Positions 45,964 through 54,240 of a stretch of 64,000 nt of DNA are shown one piece after another. The DNA comes from Pseudomonadota bacterium (GTDB taxonomy: Bacteria > Pseudomonadota > Gammaproteobacteria > Burkholderiales > Burkholderiaceae_C): contig JAZKDY010000076.1 in assembly GCA_040387325.1 (NCBI GenBank), positions 6,438 to 70,437 of the forward strand, written 5' to 3'. A program made the translations under genes and the position numbers. The notes under the pieces were generated by a model. It did no database searches and was not told the origin of the DNA. It saw only the letters and a program-made list of their open reading frames with translations. Numbering within the stretch: the first letter of the stretch is position 1; every line of letters begins with the position of its first letter.

Positions 45964-45979
45964 TGTTCGTTGTCGTACA
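45964..45979 (-). promoter_or_regulatory. Crp/Fnr-type box 14 (hemerythrin-katE)
   Basis: TGTACG-ACAA-CGAACA then GAG; TACCGT 21 nt downstream (45942-45937). Confidence 0.8.
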
Positions 45980-46034
45980 CACAGCAAGCGGCAGCATGCA
46001 ACGCAACGTAACTGCGGGCAAACGGCCGCCATGC

Positions 46035-46050
46035 CGTGTGATGGCGCACA
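46035..46050 (+). promoter_or_regulatory. Crp/Fnr-type box 15
   Basis: CGTGTG-ATGG-CGCACA then GAT; GATGAT 21 nt downstream (46072-46077). Confidence 0.65.
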
Positions 46051-46164
46051 GATGCGGGCTGCCTGCGCAAAGATGATGCAGCAGCCACTTCAACAGAGCA
46101 GTACATAACTGCAAGAACAGCTGAAGGCGGTGAATTCATCAACCTTTTTTTAAGTGAGCCGACT

Positions 46165-46650
46165 ATGCAAAACGCAGAAACGATTGAACGCAAGAACGCC
46201 AACCGCGACCCCATCACCGATGAACCGGGCGCACATCCGGTAGGAACCGGCGTGGGCGCTGCATTGGGCGGGGCGGTCGCTGGTGCCGCGGTGGGGACCG
46301 TAGCGGGCCCTGTTGGTACCGTGATAGGGGCCGCCGCCGGCGCCATCGCAGGCGGGCTCGCCGGCAAGGGCGTTGCCGAAGCGATTGACCCGACCGTGGA
46401 GTACGCGTACTGGCGCGACAACTATCTGGACCGTCCGTACGTGCAGAGCGGTGCAAAGTTTGACGACTACGGCCCTGCCTATGTGTTTGGGGTGGACTCG
46501 TCTTCAAAGTTTGGTGACCGCGACTTTGACGACATCGAACCGGATCTGGCACGCGACTGGGACAAGGTGCGGGGTACATCCAGCCTGTCATGGGACCGGG
46601 CACGCAATGCATCCCGCGACGCCTGGGAGCGTGTGCGCCGCGCCGTTTAA
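46165..46650 (+). CDS. Glycine-zipper stress-associated protein
   Basis: NRDPITDEPGAHPVGTGVGA glycine zipper; YWRDNY..RPY, DYGPAY, WDRARNASRDAW. Confidence 0.8.
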   Translation: MQNAETIERKNANRDPITDEPGAHPVGTGVGAALGGAVAGAAVGTVAGPVGTVIGAAAGAIAGGLAGKGVAEAIDPTVEYAYWRDNYLDRPYVQSGAKFDDYGPAYVFGVDSSSKFGDRDFDDIEPDLARDWDKVRGTSSLSWDRARNASRDAWERVRRAV

Positions 46651-46666
46651 AGCAGCATCGGCAACG

Positions 46667-46702
46667 GGGCAGGGCACGCACACACCGGCGCGTGCCCTGC
46701 CC
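46667..46702. terminator. Stem-loop after stress gene (possible terminator)
   Basis: GGGCAGGGCACGC...GCGTGCCCTGCCC; weak U-tract. Confidence 0.45.
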
Positions 46703-46745
46703 TTGGCAGCTTGCCTATACTGGGGCGTCACACCAGAGACGCCAC

Positions 46746-47582
46746 ATGCTGACACCTGAACAACAAGCCGCCTACCAACGCGACGGATACCTCGTGTTGC
46801 CTCACTTCAAATCATTTGAGGCCATCCAGGCGTTGCGCCAGCGGGCCGGGGACATCGTGAATGCGTTTGTTCCGCCGGCTACCAAAACCATCTTCACGAC
46901 CAACGACCAGGTGCGCGCGGTGGACCGTTACTTCCTGGACTCCGCCGTCAACACGAGTTGCTTCTTTGAAGAGGAGGCCTTCGGGCCCGACGGTGAACTG
47001 CGCCAGGCCAAGGCACTGTCCATCAACAAGATCGGCCATGCCATGCATGACCTGGACCCGGTGTTCTCGGACTTTTCACGCGGACCGGAACTGCAACAGG
47101 TCGCCCACGGCCTCGGGCTGGCGCAGCCTCTCATCTGGCAGTCCATGTACATCTTCAAACAACCCGGCATCGGCGGCGAGGTGGGGTGGCACCAGGACGC
47201 CACGTTTTTTGAGACCACGCCAATCAGCGTCACAACCTTCTGGTTTGCGCTGGAAGATGCAACGGTGCACAACGGATGCCTGTGGACACAGCCCGGCGCA
47301 CACCGCAGCCCGCTGCGCGAACGCTTCGTGCGCGAGGGTGACCACGTAACCATGCAAAAGCTGGACACGACGCCCTGGCCAGATTCCACCACGGCCATTC
47401 CGCTGGAAGTGGAGGCGGGTGCCCTGGTGGTGTTCCACGGTTTGCTGCCGCACTACAGCGCACCCAACCGTTCCAGCGCGTCACGCCACGCCTATACCTT
47501 GCACGTGACCGACGCCACGGCGCAGTACGCCGCTGCCAATTGGATTCAACGGGGCGCAGACTTGCCGGTGCGCGGCTTCTAG
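46746..47582 (+). CDS. Phytanoyl-CoA dioxygenase family (PhyH, PHYHD1-like)
   Basis: INKIGHAMH, QSMYIFKQP, HQD, H..N.S...R motifs. Confidence 0.9.
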   Translation: MLTPEQQAAYQRDGYLVLPHFKSFEAIQALRQRAGDIVNAFVPPATKTIFTTNDQVRAVDRYFLDSAVNTSCFFEEEAFGPDGELRQAKALSINKIGHAMHDLDPVFSDFSRGPELQQVAHGLGLAQPLIWQSMYIFKQPGIGGEVGWHQDATFFETTPISVTTFWFALEDATVHNGCLWTQPGAHRSPLRERFVREGDHVTMQKLDTTPWPDSTTAIPLEVEAGALVVFHGLLPHYSAPNRSSASRHAYTLHVTDATAQYAAANWIQRGADLPVRGF

Positions 47583-48397
47583 GGGGCCACCAGCGCAAAA
47601 TCCTCTTCCACGGCAAGCCCGGGGAAGTGGAAGCGCACCGGCCCGTCGGGCTTGGCGTTCACATACTGGTAGACCATGGCGTCGGTACTGGTGCGCACTT
47701 CATCCGGAGTGCCTTCGATGGCGACCTTGCCATTGGCCAACACGATGACGTGGTCGGCAATGGCCAGCGTCTCCTTGAGCTCGTGCGACACAAAAATACT
47801 GGTCAGGCCCATGGAGTCGTTGAGCTGGCGGATCAGCTTGGCGGCGGTCTTCAGCGAGATCGGGTCCAGGCCGGAAAACGGCTCGTCGTACATGACCAGC
47901 TCGGGGTCCAGCGCAATCGCGCGGGCCAATGCAATACGCCGCGCCATGCCGCCGGACACTTCACTGGGGAACAGGTCGCGTGCGCCGCGCAGGCCCACGG
48001 CGTTGAGCTTCATCAGCACGATGTCGCGTATCAGTGCTTCGGGCAGGTCGGTGTGTTCGCGCAGCGGAAAGGCCACGTTGTCGAACACCGTGGAGTCCGC
48101 AAACAGCGCGCCAAACTGGAACAGCATGCCCATGCGCCGGCGCGCTGCGTAGAGTTGTTTCTGGTCCATGCGGCCCACATCCTGGCCGTCAAACAGCATT
48201 TCGCCCGTTTGGGCCTTGTGTTCACCACCCATCAGGCGCAGCGTGGTCGTTTTGCCGGCGCCCATGGGGCCGATCAGTGCGGTGACCTTGCCTTTGGGAA
48301 TGCGCAGCGACACGTTGTCCAGGACCACGTGGTCGCCGTAGCTGAAGCCCAGGTTGCGGAACTCAACGAGAGAGGGGTGGGAGTGGGTGGTTGCCAT
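47579..48397 (-). CDS. mlaF: MlaF/Ttg2A ABC ATPase, stand-alone
   Basis: GPMGAGKT, MLFQFGALF, VSGGMARR, MYDEPFSGLDP, C-terminal PDGPVRFHFP. Confidence 0.85.
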   Translation of the reverse strand: MATTHSHPSLVEFRNLGFSYGDHVVLDNVSLRIPKGKVTALIGPMGAGKTTTLRLMGGEHKAQTGEMLFDGQDVGRMDQKQLYAARRRMGMLFQFGALFADSTVFDNVAFPLREHTDLPEALIRDIVLMKLNAVGLRGARDLFPSEVSGGMARRIALARAIALDPELVMYDEPFSGLDPISLKTAAKLIRQLNDSMGLTSIFVSHELKETLAIADHVIVLANGKVAIEGTPDEVRTSTDAMVYQYVNAKPDGPVRFHFPGLAVEEDFALVAP

Positions 48398-48452
48398 AGG
48401 GGTCAAAGCCGGAGTGCTGGAAGCAGCGTCCCTCCAATGATAGCCCCGTACC

Positions 48453-49394
48453 TTATGGCCCCATGCGGGCCTGCAGATTGCCCGCGCTGCGCAGTACGGC
48501 GTCTACCAGCGCGTCCCGCATTGGATGCGGGGTTGCCACTTGCGGCAACAGCAGGCTCACACTGAACGGAATGGCCATGGTCAATGGCCTGACCACCAAT
48601 TGCGGCCCTGCCATGGCTGCTGCCGTCAGCGGGTTGACAATGGCCACGCCCAGGCCCTGTTGCACCATGGCGCAGACTGCCACGGCGCTGGTGGTCTCCA
48701 GCCGCGTGGCACGCTGCACACCGGCCGCCTGAAACATCGCGTCTATGGCCTGGCGATACGGGTCGCCATCGGCCAGGCTCACGAACCGTTCGCCCTCAAA
48801 GTCTTTTGGCTGCAGCACGGTATGGCGGCACAGGGGGTGACCGGTGGGCAACACGGCCACCTCGTTCACTTGCAACAGCGCGCGCAATTCCACGCCAGTG
48901 GGGGCTTCGGTGGTTTCGCCCACGCCCAAATCAAAGCGTTGTTCGCTGAGCGCCTGTTCCAGCCAGGGGGATTCCAGTGGTACGACGCTGACGCTGGCTT
49001 CGGGCATGGTTTTGCTGAAGTGCTGCAGCGCTAGGGGCACCAGCGCATGGGCCAGCGCGGGCAGACAGGCCAGGCGCAGGCGGCCGGTGCTCAAGGTGCG
49101 CAGCTCTTGTGCGCGGGCTGCAATCTGTTCCAGGCCGATGAAAGAGCGTTCGACCTCTTGCATCAGCGCCAGGGCGCGGGCTGTGGGGCGCAGGCGGCCG
49201 CGCACGCGGTCGAACAGTGCAAATCCCAAGACGTATTCCAGTCTAGCCAGTTCGCGGCTCAGTGTGGGTTGGCTGGATCCTGTTACGTCTGCGGCGTGGC
49301 TTAGGTTCCCGTGCAGCATGATGGCTCTGAACTGGGTTAACTGGCGGTGGGTCAGCAGCGGTGGTGTCGCTGGCGGCTTGGTGGGGCGGGGCAT
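48453..49394 (-). CDS. lysR: LysR transcriptional activator of lysA
   Basis: SQPTLSRELARLE..FDRVRGRLRPT, LESPWLEQALSEQRFDLG; divergent from lysA. Confidence 0.85.
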   Translation of the reverse strand: MPRPTKPPATPPLLTHRQLTQFRAIMLHGNLSHAADVTGSSQPTLSRELARLEYVLGFALFDRVRGRLRPTARALALMQEVERSFIGLEQIAARAQELRTLSTGRLRLACLPALAHALVPLALQHFSKTMPEASVSVVPLESPWLEQALSEQRFDLGVGETTEAPTGVELRALLQVNEVAVLPTGHPLCRHTVLQPKDFEGERFVSLADGDPYRQAIDAMFQAAGVQRATRLETTSAVAVCAMVQQGLGVAIVNPLTAAAMAGPQLVVRPLTMAIPFSVSLLLPQVATPHPMRDALVDAVLRSAGNLQARMGP

Positions 49395-49475
49395 GCTCTA
49401 ACTATATCCATATTGAATAGTTAGACAACAAAAATGGCATTGATTGAATCGATTGGGGCTGGGATCATCCAGCCT

Positions 49476-50729
49476 ATGAACCCTTTTACCCCCTCCACCC
49501 TCGCATCCCTGGCCCAGCAACACGGTACACCGCTGTGGGTGTATGACGCCGCCACTATTCAACGCCAAGTCCAGGCGCTGCGCCAGTTTGATGTCGTACG
49601 TTTTGCGCAAAAGGCCAATTCCAACACCCATATCCTGCGGCTGCTGAAAAGTGAAGGCGTGATGGTGGATGCGGTGTCCCTTGGCGAAGTCGAACGTGCA
49701 CTGGCCGCGGGTTATGCCCCTGGCCTGAAAGACGGCCATGCCGAAATAGTGTTCACTGCCGATCTGCTGGACCGCACCACACTGCCGCGCCTGGTGAAGC
49801 TGGGCATCCCGGTCAATTGCGGTTCCATTGACATGCTGGACCAACTGGGCGCGGTAAGCAAAGGCCACCCGGTGTGGTTGCGCATCAACCCTGGCTTTGG
49901 CCACGGCCACAGCAACAAGACCAACACCGGTGGTGAACACAGCAAACACGGCATCTGGCTTGGCGAGCTGGTCGCAGCGCTGGCCAAGGTGCGCAGCAAT
50001 GGGCTGGCGCTGCAGGGCCTGCACATGCACATTGGCTCGGGCGTGGACTACGCGCACTTGCAAGAGGTGTGTGGTGCCATGGTCGGGCTGGTGCGCACGG
50101 TCAAGGCGCAGGGCATGGATTTACACGCCGTGTCTGCCGGCGGTGGACTGTCCATTCCCTATGGTGCAGGCGAGGCGCCGATCGACACCGCGCATTATTT
50201 CTCGCTATGGGACGCGGCGCGCCAGCAGATTGCCCAGGACCTGGGCCACGCGGTGGCGCTGGAGCTGGAGCCCGGCCGTTACCTGGTCGCCGAATCCGGC
50301 GTGCTGGTGGCCGAGGTGCGTGCCACCAAGGCCCAGGGCAGCCAGCATTTTGTGATGGTGGACGCGGGTTTCAGCGACCTGATGCGCCCGTCCATGTACG
50401 GCAGCTTCCACGGCATGGAGATCATCCGCGCAGACGGCACCGCTGCCACCGGCCCGGTGCGGCCCAGTGTTGTGGCCGGGCCGTTGTGTGAATCGGGTGA
50501 TGTGTTCACGCAGGGCGAGGGTGGCGTGGTTCTGCAACGCGACCTGCCGCAAGCCACGGTGGGTGATTTGCTGGTCATCCACGACACGGGTGCCTATGGC
50601 GCATCCATGTCTTCCAACTACAACACGCGGCCGCTGATCCCGGAGGTGTTGGTCGAGGCCAATGGCAATGCCCGGTTGATACGCCGCAAACAGTCCGTGG
50701 CGGAACTTATTGCGCTGGAGGCGGTATAA
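49476..50729 (+). CDS. lysA: Diaminopimelate decarboxylase
   Basis: FAQKANSN, HMHIGSG, EPGR, GPLCESGD, GAYGASMSSNYN. Confidence 0.95.
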   Translation: MNPFTPSTLASLAQQHGTPLWVYDAATIQRQVQALRQFDVVRFAQKANSNTHILRLLKSEGVMVDAVSLGEVERALAAGYAPGLKDGHAEIVFTADLLDRTTLPRLVKLGIPVNCGSIDMLDQLGAVSKGHPVWLRINPGFGHGHSNKTNTGGEHSKHGIWLGELVAALAKVRSNGLALQGLHMHIGSGVDYAHLQEVCGAMVGLVRTVKAQGMDLHAVSAGGGLSIPYGAGEAPIDTAHYFSLWDAARQQIAQDLGHAVALELEPGRYLVAESGVLVAEVRATKAQGSQHFVMVDAGFSDLMRPSMYGSFHGMEIIRADGTAATGPVRPSVVAGPLCESGDVFTQGEGGVVLQRDLPQATVGDLLVIHDTGAYGASMSSNYNTRPLIPEVLVEANGNARLIRRKQSVAELIALEAV

Positions 50730-50754
50730 CCTTGGGTACACCCTAAGGAAACCA

Positions 50755-52491
50755 ATGGACCACAACATCTCCCTGATCACCACCATCGCTGCAGGCTTCG
50801 GTGTTGCATTGATTCTGGGGTTCATTGCCGAACGCATGAAGACACCGGCGCTGGTCGGGTATCTGGTGGCGGGCATCATCATCGGCCCGGCCACGCCCGG
50901 CTTTGTGGCCGACGTGCACATTGCCTCCCAGCTGTCCGAAATCGGCGTCATGCTGCTGATGTTTGGCGTGGGGCTGCATTTTTCATTAAACGACCTGCTC
51001 GCCGTCAAACGCATTGCTGTGCCCGGCGCGGTGTTGCAAATGGGGCTGGCGACGGGGCTTGGGATACTGACCGCCTGGTGGTGGGGCTGGAGCTGGGGCG
51101 CTGGGCTGGTATTCGGTCTGTCGCTGTCCTGCGCCAGTACCGTCGTGTTGCTCAAGGCGCTGGAAGCCCGGGGTGTGCTGGACACCATGAATGGCCGCAT
51201 CGCGGTGGGCTGGCTGGTGGTGGAAGACCTGGCCACGGTGATGGTGCTGGTGTTGCTGCCGCCATTGGCCGGGGTGCTGGGTGGTGCCAGCGCTGTGCCT
51301 GTGGCCGAAACCAAACCGATCTGGATGGCCATTGGCCAAACCCTGTTGCAGGTTGCGGCCTTTATCGCGCTGATGCTGGTGGTGGGCCGCCGCGCGCTGC
51401 CCTGGTTGCTGTGGCAGGTGGCGCGCACCGGTTCGCGTGAGCTGTTCACGCTGGCCGTCATCGCCACGGCCATCGGCATTGCCTACGGCGCGTCGGCCCT
51501 GTTCAGTGTGTCGTTTGCGCTGGGTGCATTTTTTGCCGGCATGGTGATGCGCGAATCCGAGTTCAGCCACCGGGCGGCAGAAGAGTCCCTGCCACTGCGC
51601 GACGCCTTCTCGGTGCTGTTTTTTGTATCGGTGGGCATGTTGTTCGAGCCTGCCATCCTGGTCGAGCAGCCCATGCGGGTGCTGGCCGTGGTGGCCATCA
51701 TCATCCTGGGCAAGGCGCTGGTCGCGGCTGCCCTGGTGCTGGCCCTGCGCTACCCCATCAACACGGCGCTGACGGTGGCGGCCAGCCTGGCGCAGATCGG
51801 CGAGTTCTCATTCATCCTTGCGGGGCTGGGGGTCTCACTGGGCCTGCTGCCGGCCATGGGCATGAGCCTGGTGCTGGCCGGGGCACTGATCTCGATTGCG
51901 CTGAACCCCTTGCTGTTTGCCGCCATTGAGCCGTTCAGGCGCTGGGTATTGGCCCGCTCAGAACTGGCCCGCCGCCTGGAGCAGCGCCAGGACCCCTATG
52001 CCGAGCTGCCCATGAGCACCGAGCGCAAATACCTGGAAGGGCAGGTGGTTCTGGTGGGGTATGGCCGGGTGGGCAAGCGGATTGCCAAGGCCATGGAGGC
52101 CCGGGGCATCCCGTACGTGGTGGTGGAGCAAAACCGCGAACGGGTCGAGCAGTTGCGCGGCCAGGGCGTTGCCGCCGTCTCCGGCAGTGCGGCCGAGCCG
52201 GCGGTGCTGATCCAGGCCCACATCGCCCATGCCGCCATGCTGGTGATCGCCACGCCCGACCCGCTGGGTGTGCGGCAAATGGCCGATACCGCGCGTGCCC
52301 TCAACCCCAACATCGAAATTGTGCTGCGTACCCACAGCGAGGCCGAATCCAAAATGCTGCGTGATGACGGCATCGGCAAGGTCTTTTTTGGCGAGGAAGA
52401 ATTGGCCAAAGGCATGACCCACCACGTGCTGGAGCGTTTTGCTCCCCAGCCAGGCGATGCGGCACAATCCGGGCACCCCATCGAAAGTTGA
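50755..52491 (+). CDS. ybaL: CPA2 cation:proton antiporter with TrkA-N (YbaL/RosB-like)
   Basis: EIGVMLLMFGVGLHFS, ASTVV, VEDL, QIGEFSF, VGYGRVG. Confidence 0.9.
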   Translation: MDHNISLITTIAAGFGVALILGFIAERMKTPALVGYLVAGIIIGPATPGFVADVHIASQLSEIGVMLLMFGVGLHFSLNDLLAVKRIAVPGAVLQMGLATGLGILTAWWWGWSWGAGLVFGLSLSCASTVVLLKALEARGVLDTMNGRIAVGWLVVEDLATVMVLVLLPPLAGVLGGASAVPVAETKPIWMAIGQTLLQVAAFIALMLVVGRRALPWLLWQVARTGSRELFTLAVIATAIGIAYGASALFSVSFALGAFFAGMVMRESEFSHRAAEESLPLRDAFSVLFFVSVGMLFEPAILVEQPMRVLAVVAIIILGKALVAAALVLALRYPINTALTVAASLAQIGEFSFILAGLGVSLGLLPAMGMSLVLAGALISIALNPLLFAAIEPFRRWVLARSELARRLEQRQDPYAELPMSTERKYLEGQVVLVGYGRVGKRIAKAMEARGIPYVVVEQNRERVEQLRGQGVAAVSGSAAEPAVLIQAHIAHAAMLVIATPDPLGVRQMADTARALNPNIEIVLRTHSEAESKMLRDDGIGKVFFGEEELAKGMTHHVLERFAPQPGDAAQSGHPIES

Positions 52492-52518
52492 TGCACGTTG
52501 ACGCAAGCTGACCACACC

Positions 52519-53409
52519 ATGTCTGACACCACCCATATTGCCCCCCGCGACAAAGCCGAAATCCTGGCCCAGGCCCTGCCTTACATCCGCAAGTACCACG
52601 GCAAGACCATGGTCATCAAATACGGTGGCAACGCCATGACCGACCCGGCCCTGCAGGCCGACTTTGCCGAAGACGTGGTGTTGTTGAAGCTGGTCGGCAT
52701 CAATCCCGTAGTCGTGCACGGCGGTGGGCCGCAGATCGAGAACGCGCTCAAACGCCTGGGCAAAAAAGGCGAATTCATCCAGGGCATGCGGGTGACCGAC
52801 GCCGAAACCATGGAAGTGGTGGAGTGGGTGCTGGGCGGCGAGGTGCAGCAGGACATCGTGGGCCTGATCAACCAGGCCGGCGGCAAGGCCGTGGGCCTGA
52901 CCGGGCGCGACGGCGGCATGATCCGCGCGCAAAAACTCAAGATGATGGACAACACCGACCCCAATGTCGAACACGACGTGGGCCAAGTGGGTGACATCGT
53001 CAGCGTGGACCCCAGCGTCGTCAAGGCGCTGCAAGACGACGCCTTCATCCCCGTCATCAGCCCCATCGGTTTTGGTGAAAACAACGAGAGTTACAACATC
53101 AACGCCGACGTCGTGGCCGCCAAGCTCGCCACCGTGCTGCAGGCTGAAAAACTGATGATGCTCACCAACATCAGCGGTGTGCTGGACAAAAATGGCGAAC
53201 TGCTGACCGACCTGACGGCGCGGCGCATCGACGAGTTGTTTGCCGATGGCACCATCAGTGGCGGCATGTTGCCCAAGATCGCCGGCGCGCTGGATGCGGC
53301 CAAGAGTGGCGTCAACGCCGTGCACATCATCGACGGGCGGGTGCCCCATGTGTTGTTGCTGGAAATTCTGACCGACCAGGCCTTCGGCACCATGATCCGC
53401 TCGCATTGA
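52519..53409 (+). CDS. argB: Acetylglutamate kinase
   Basis: [35 protein letters not shown]. Confidence 0.96.
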   Translation: MSDTTHIAPRDKAEILAQALPYIRKYHGKTMVIKYGGNAMTDPALQADFAEDVVLLKLVGINPVVVHGGGPQIENALKRLGKKGEFIQGMRVTDAETMEVVEWVLGGEVQQDIVGLINQAGGKAVGLTGRDGGMIRAQKLKMMDNTDPNVEHDVGQVGDIVSVDPSVVKALQDDAFIPVISPIGFGENNESYNINADVVAAKLATVLQAEKLMMLTNISGVLDKNGELLTDLTARRIDELFADGTISGGMLPKIAGALDAAKSGVNAVHIIDGRVPHVLLLEILTDQAFGTMIRSH

Positions 53410-53411
53410 GA

Positions 53412-53490
53412 TGCCCCCCGAAGCGCCTTTGGCGCCTCCCCCCAGGGGGCGCAGCCAGCGGCCCGGCGAAGCCGGTTCCGCGGCCGCCCA
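53412..53490. repeat. GC-rich multi-hairpin intergenic element (REP-like, single copy here)
   Basis: GCGCC-ttt-GGCGC, CCCCC-a-GGGGG and GCGG-CCCGGC-gaa-GCCGG-ttCCGC hairpins after argB. Confidence 0.4.
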
Positions 53491-53507
53491 CGTAATGAGG
53501 TTTTAGC

Positions 53508-54233
53508 ATGCGACTCTTGTTGGTGGAAGACGATGTCATGGTGGCCAGCGGCATCAAGCTGGGCCTGACCGGTGCGGGCTACGCCGTGGACTGGGTCGGC
53601 AGCGCCGAACGTGCGCTGGAGGTCACACGCTCCGAGACATTCGATTTGGCTGTCATCGACATCGGCCTGCCCGGCATGGACGGCCTGGTGCTGACCCAAA
53701 GCCTGCGCAAGGCCGGCCACTCCATGCCGGTACTCATCTTGACAGCGCGCGATGCGCTGCAGGACCGGGTGCAGGGGCTGGACATGGGCGGCGACGACTA
53801 CATGGTCAAACCCTTTGAACTGCCCGAACTGTTGGCACGGCTGCGCGCGCTGCTGCGCCGATCGCAAGCCGCCACTTCGGCCACGCTGAGTTTTGGTCCG
53901 TTGGAGCTGGATACCGCGCTGCGCCAAGCCAGCATACGCAGCAGTGACGGCGTCAGCCAGCCCATCGAGCTGGGCCCGCGCGAGTGGACCGTCATGGAGT
54001 ACCTGATGCTGCAGGCGCCCAAGCCGGCGAACAAGGACAAACTGCTGCAGGCCCTGACCGGCTGGGACAAGGAAATCACGCCCAATGCGGTGGAGGTCTA
54101 TATCTCCCGCCTGCGCGGCAAGCTGGAGCCGCATGGCCTGGCGTTGCGTTCCATCCGCGGCTTTGGCTACCGGCTGGAGCTGCTGAACCCGCCGGCCGAG
54201 CCAGGCGCCGCACCACATCCCTCTGTGGGGTGA
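53508..54233 (+). CDS. OmpR-family response regulator (QseB/TctD-like)
   Basis: LLVEDD, DIGLPGMDG, KPF, NAVEVYISRLRGKL, IRGFGY. Confidence 0.92.
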   Translation: MRLLLVEDDVMVASGIKLGLTGAGYAVDWVGSAERALEVTRSETFDLAVIDIGLPGMDGLVLTQSLRKAGHSMPVLILTARDALQDRVQGLDMGGDDYMVKPFELPELLARLRALLRRSQAATSATLSFGPLELDTALRQASIRSSDGVSQPIELGPREWTVMEYLMLQAPKPANKDKLLQALTGWDKEITPNAVEVYISRLRGKLEPHGLALRSIRGFGYRLELLNPPAEPGAAPHPSVG

Positions 54234-54240
54234 ATGGTCT

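Noticed and set aside
2259-46050. Interpreting the boxes as canonical CRP or FNR sites, or as an ECF sigma -35 element
   Set aside because: No copy matches TGTGA-N6-TCACA or TTGAT-N4-ATCAA. Dyad symmetry plus sigma70-like -10 hexamers (A at position 2, T at position 6) fit a dimeric activator better. An RpoS-like sigma acting together with the activator is not excluded.
1-46700. Stress island as a mobile genomic island
   Set aside because: No integrase, transposase, tRNA or flanking direct repeat seen; composition looks like the core genes; the left boundary is outside the window.
135-46745. Long N-terminal extensions in the ORF track (starts 587, 2299, 16515, 30112, 34213, 34243, 39943, 45853, 46590)
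   Set aside because: They run through predicted promoters or neighbouring genes; downstream ATGs fit RBS, signal peptides or family starts better.
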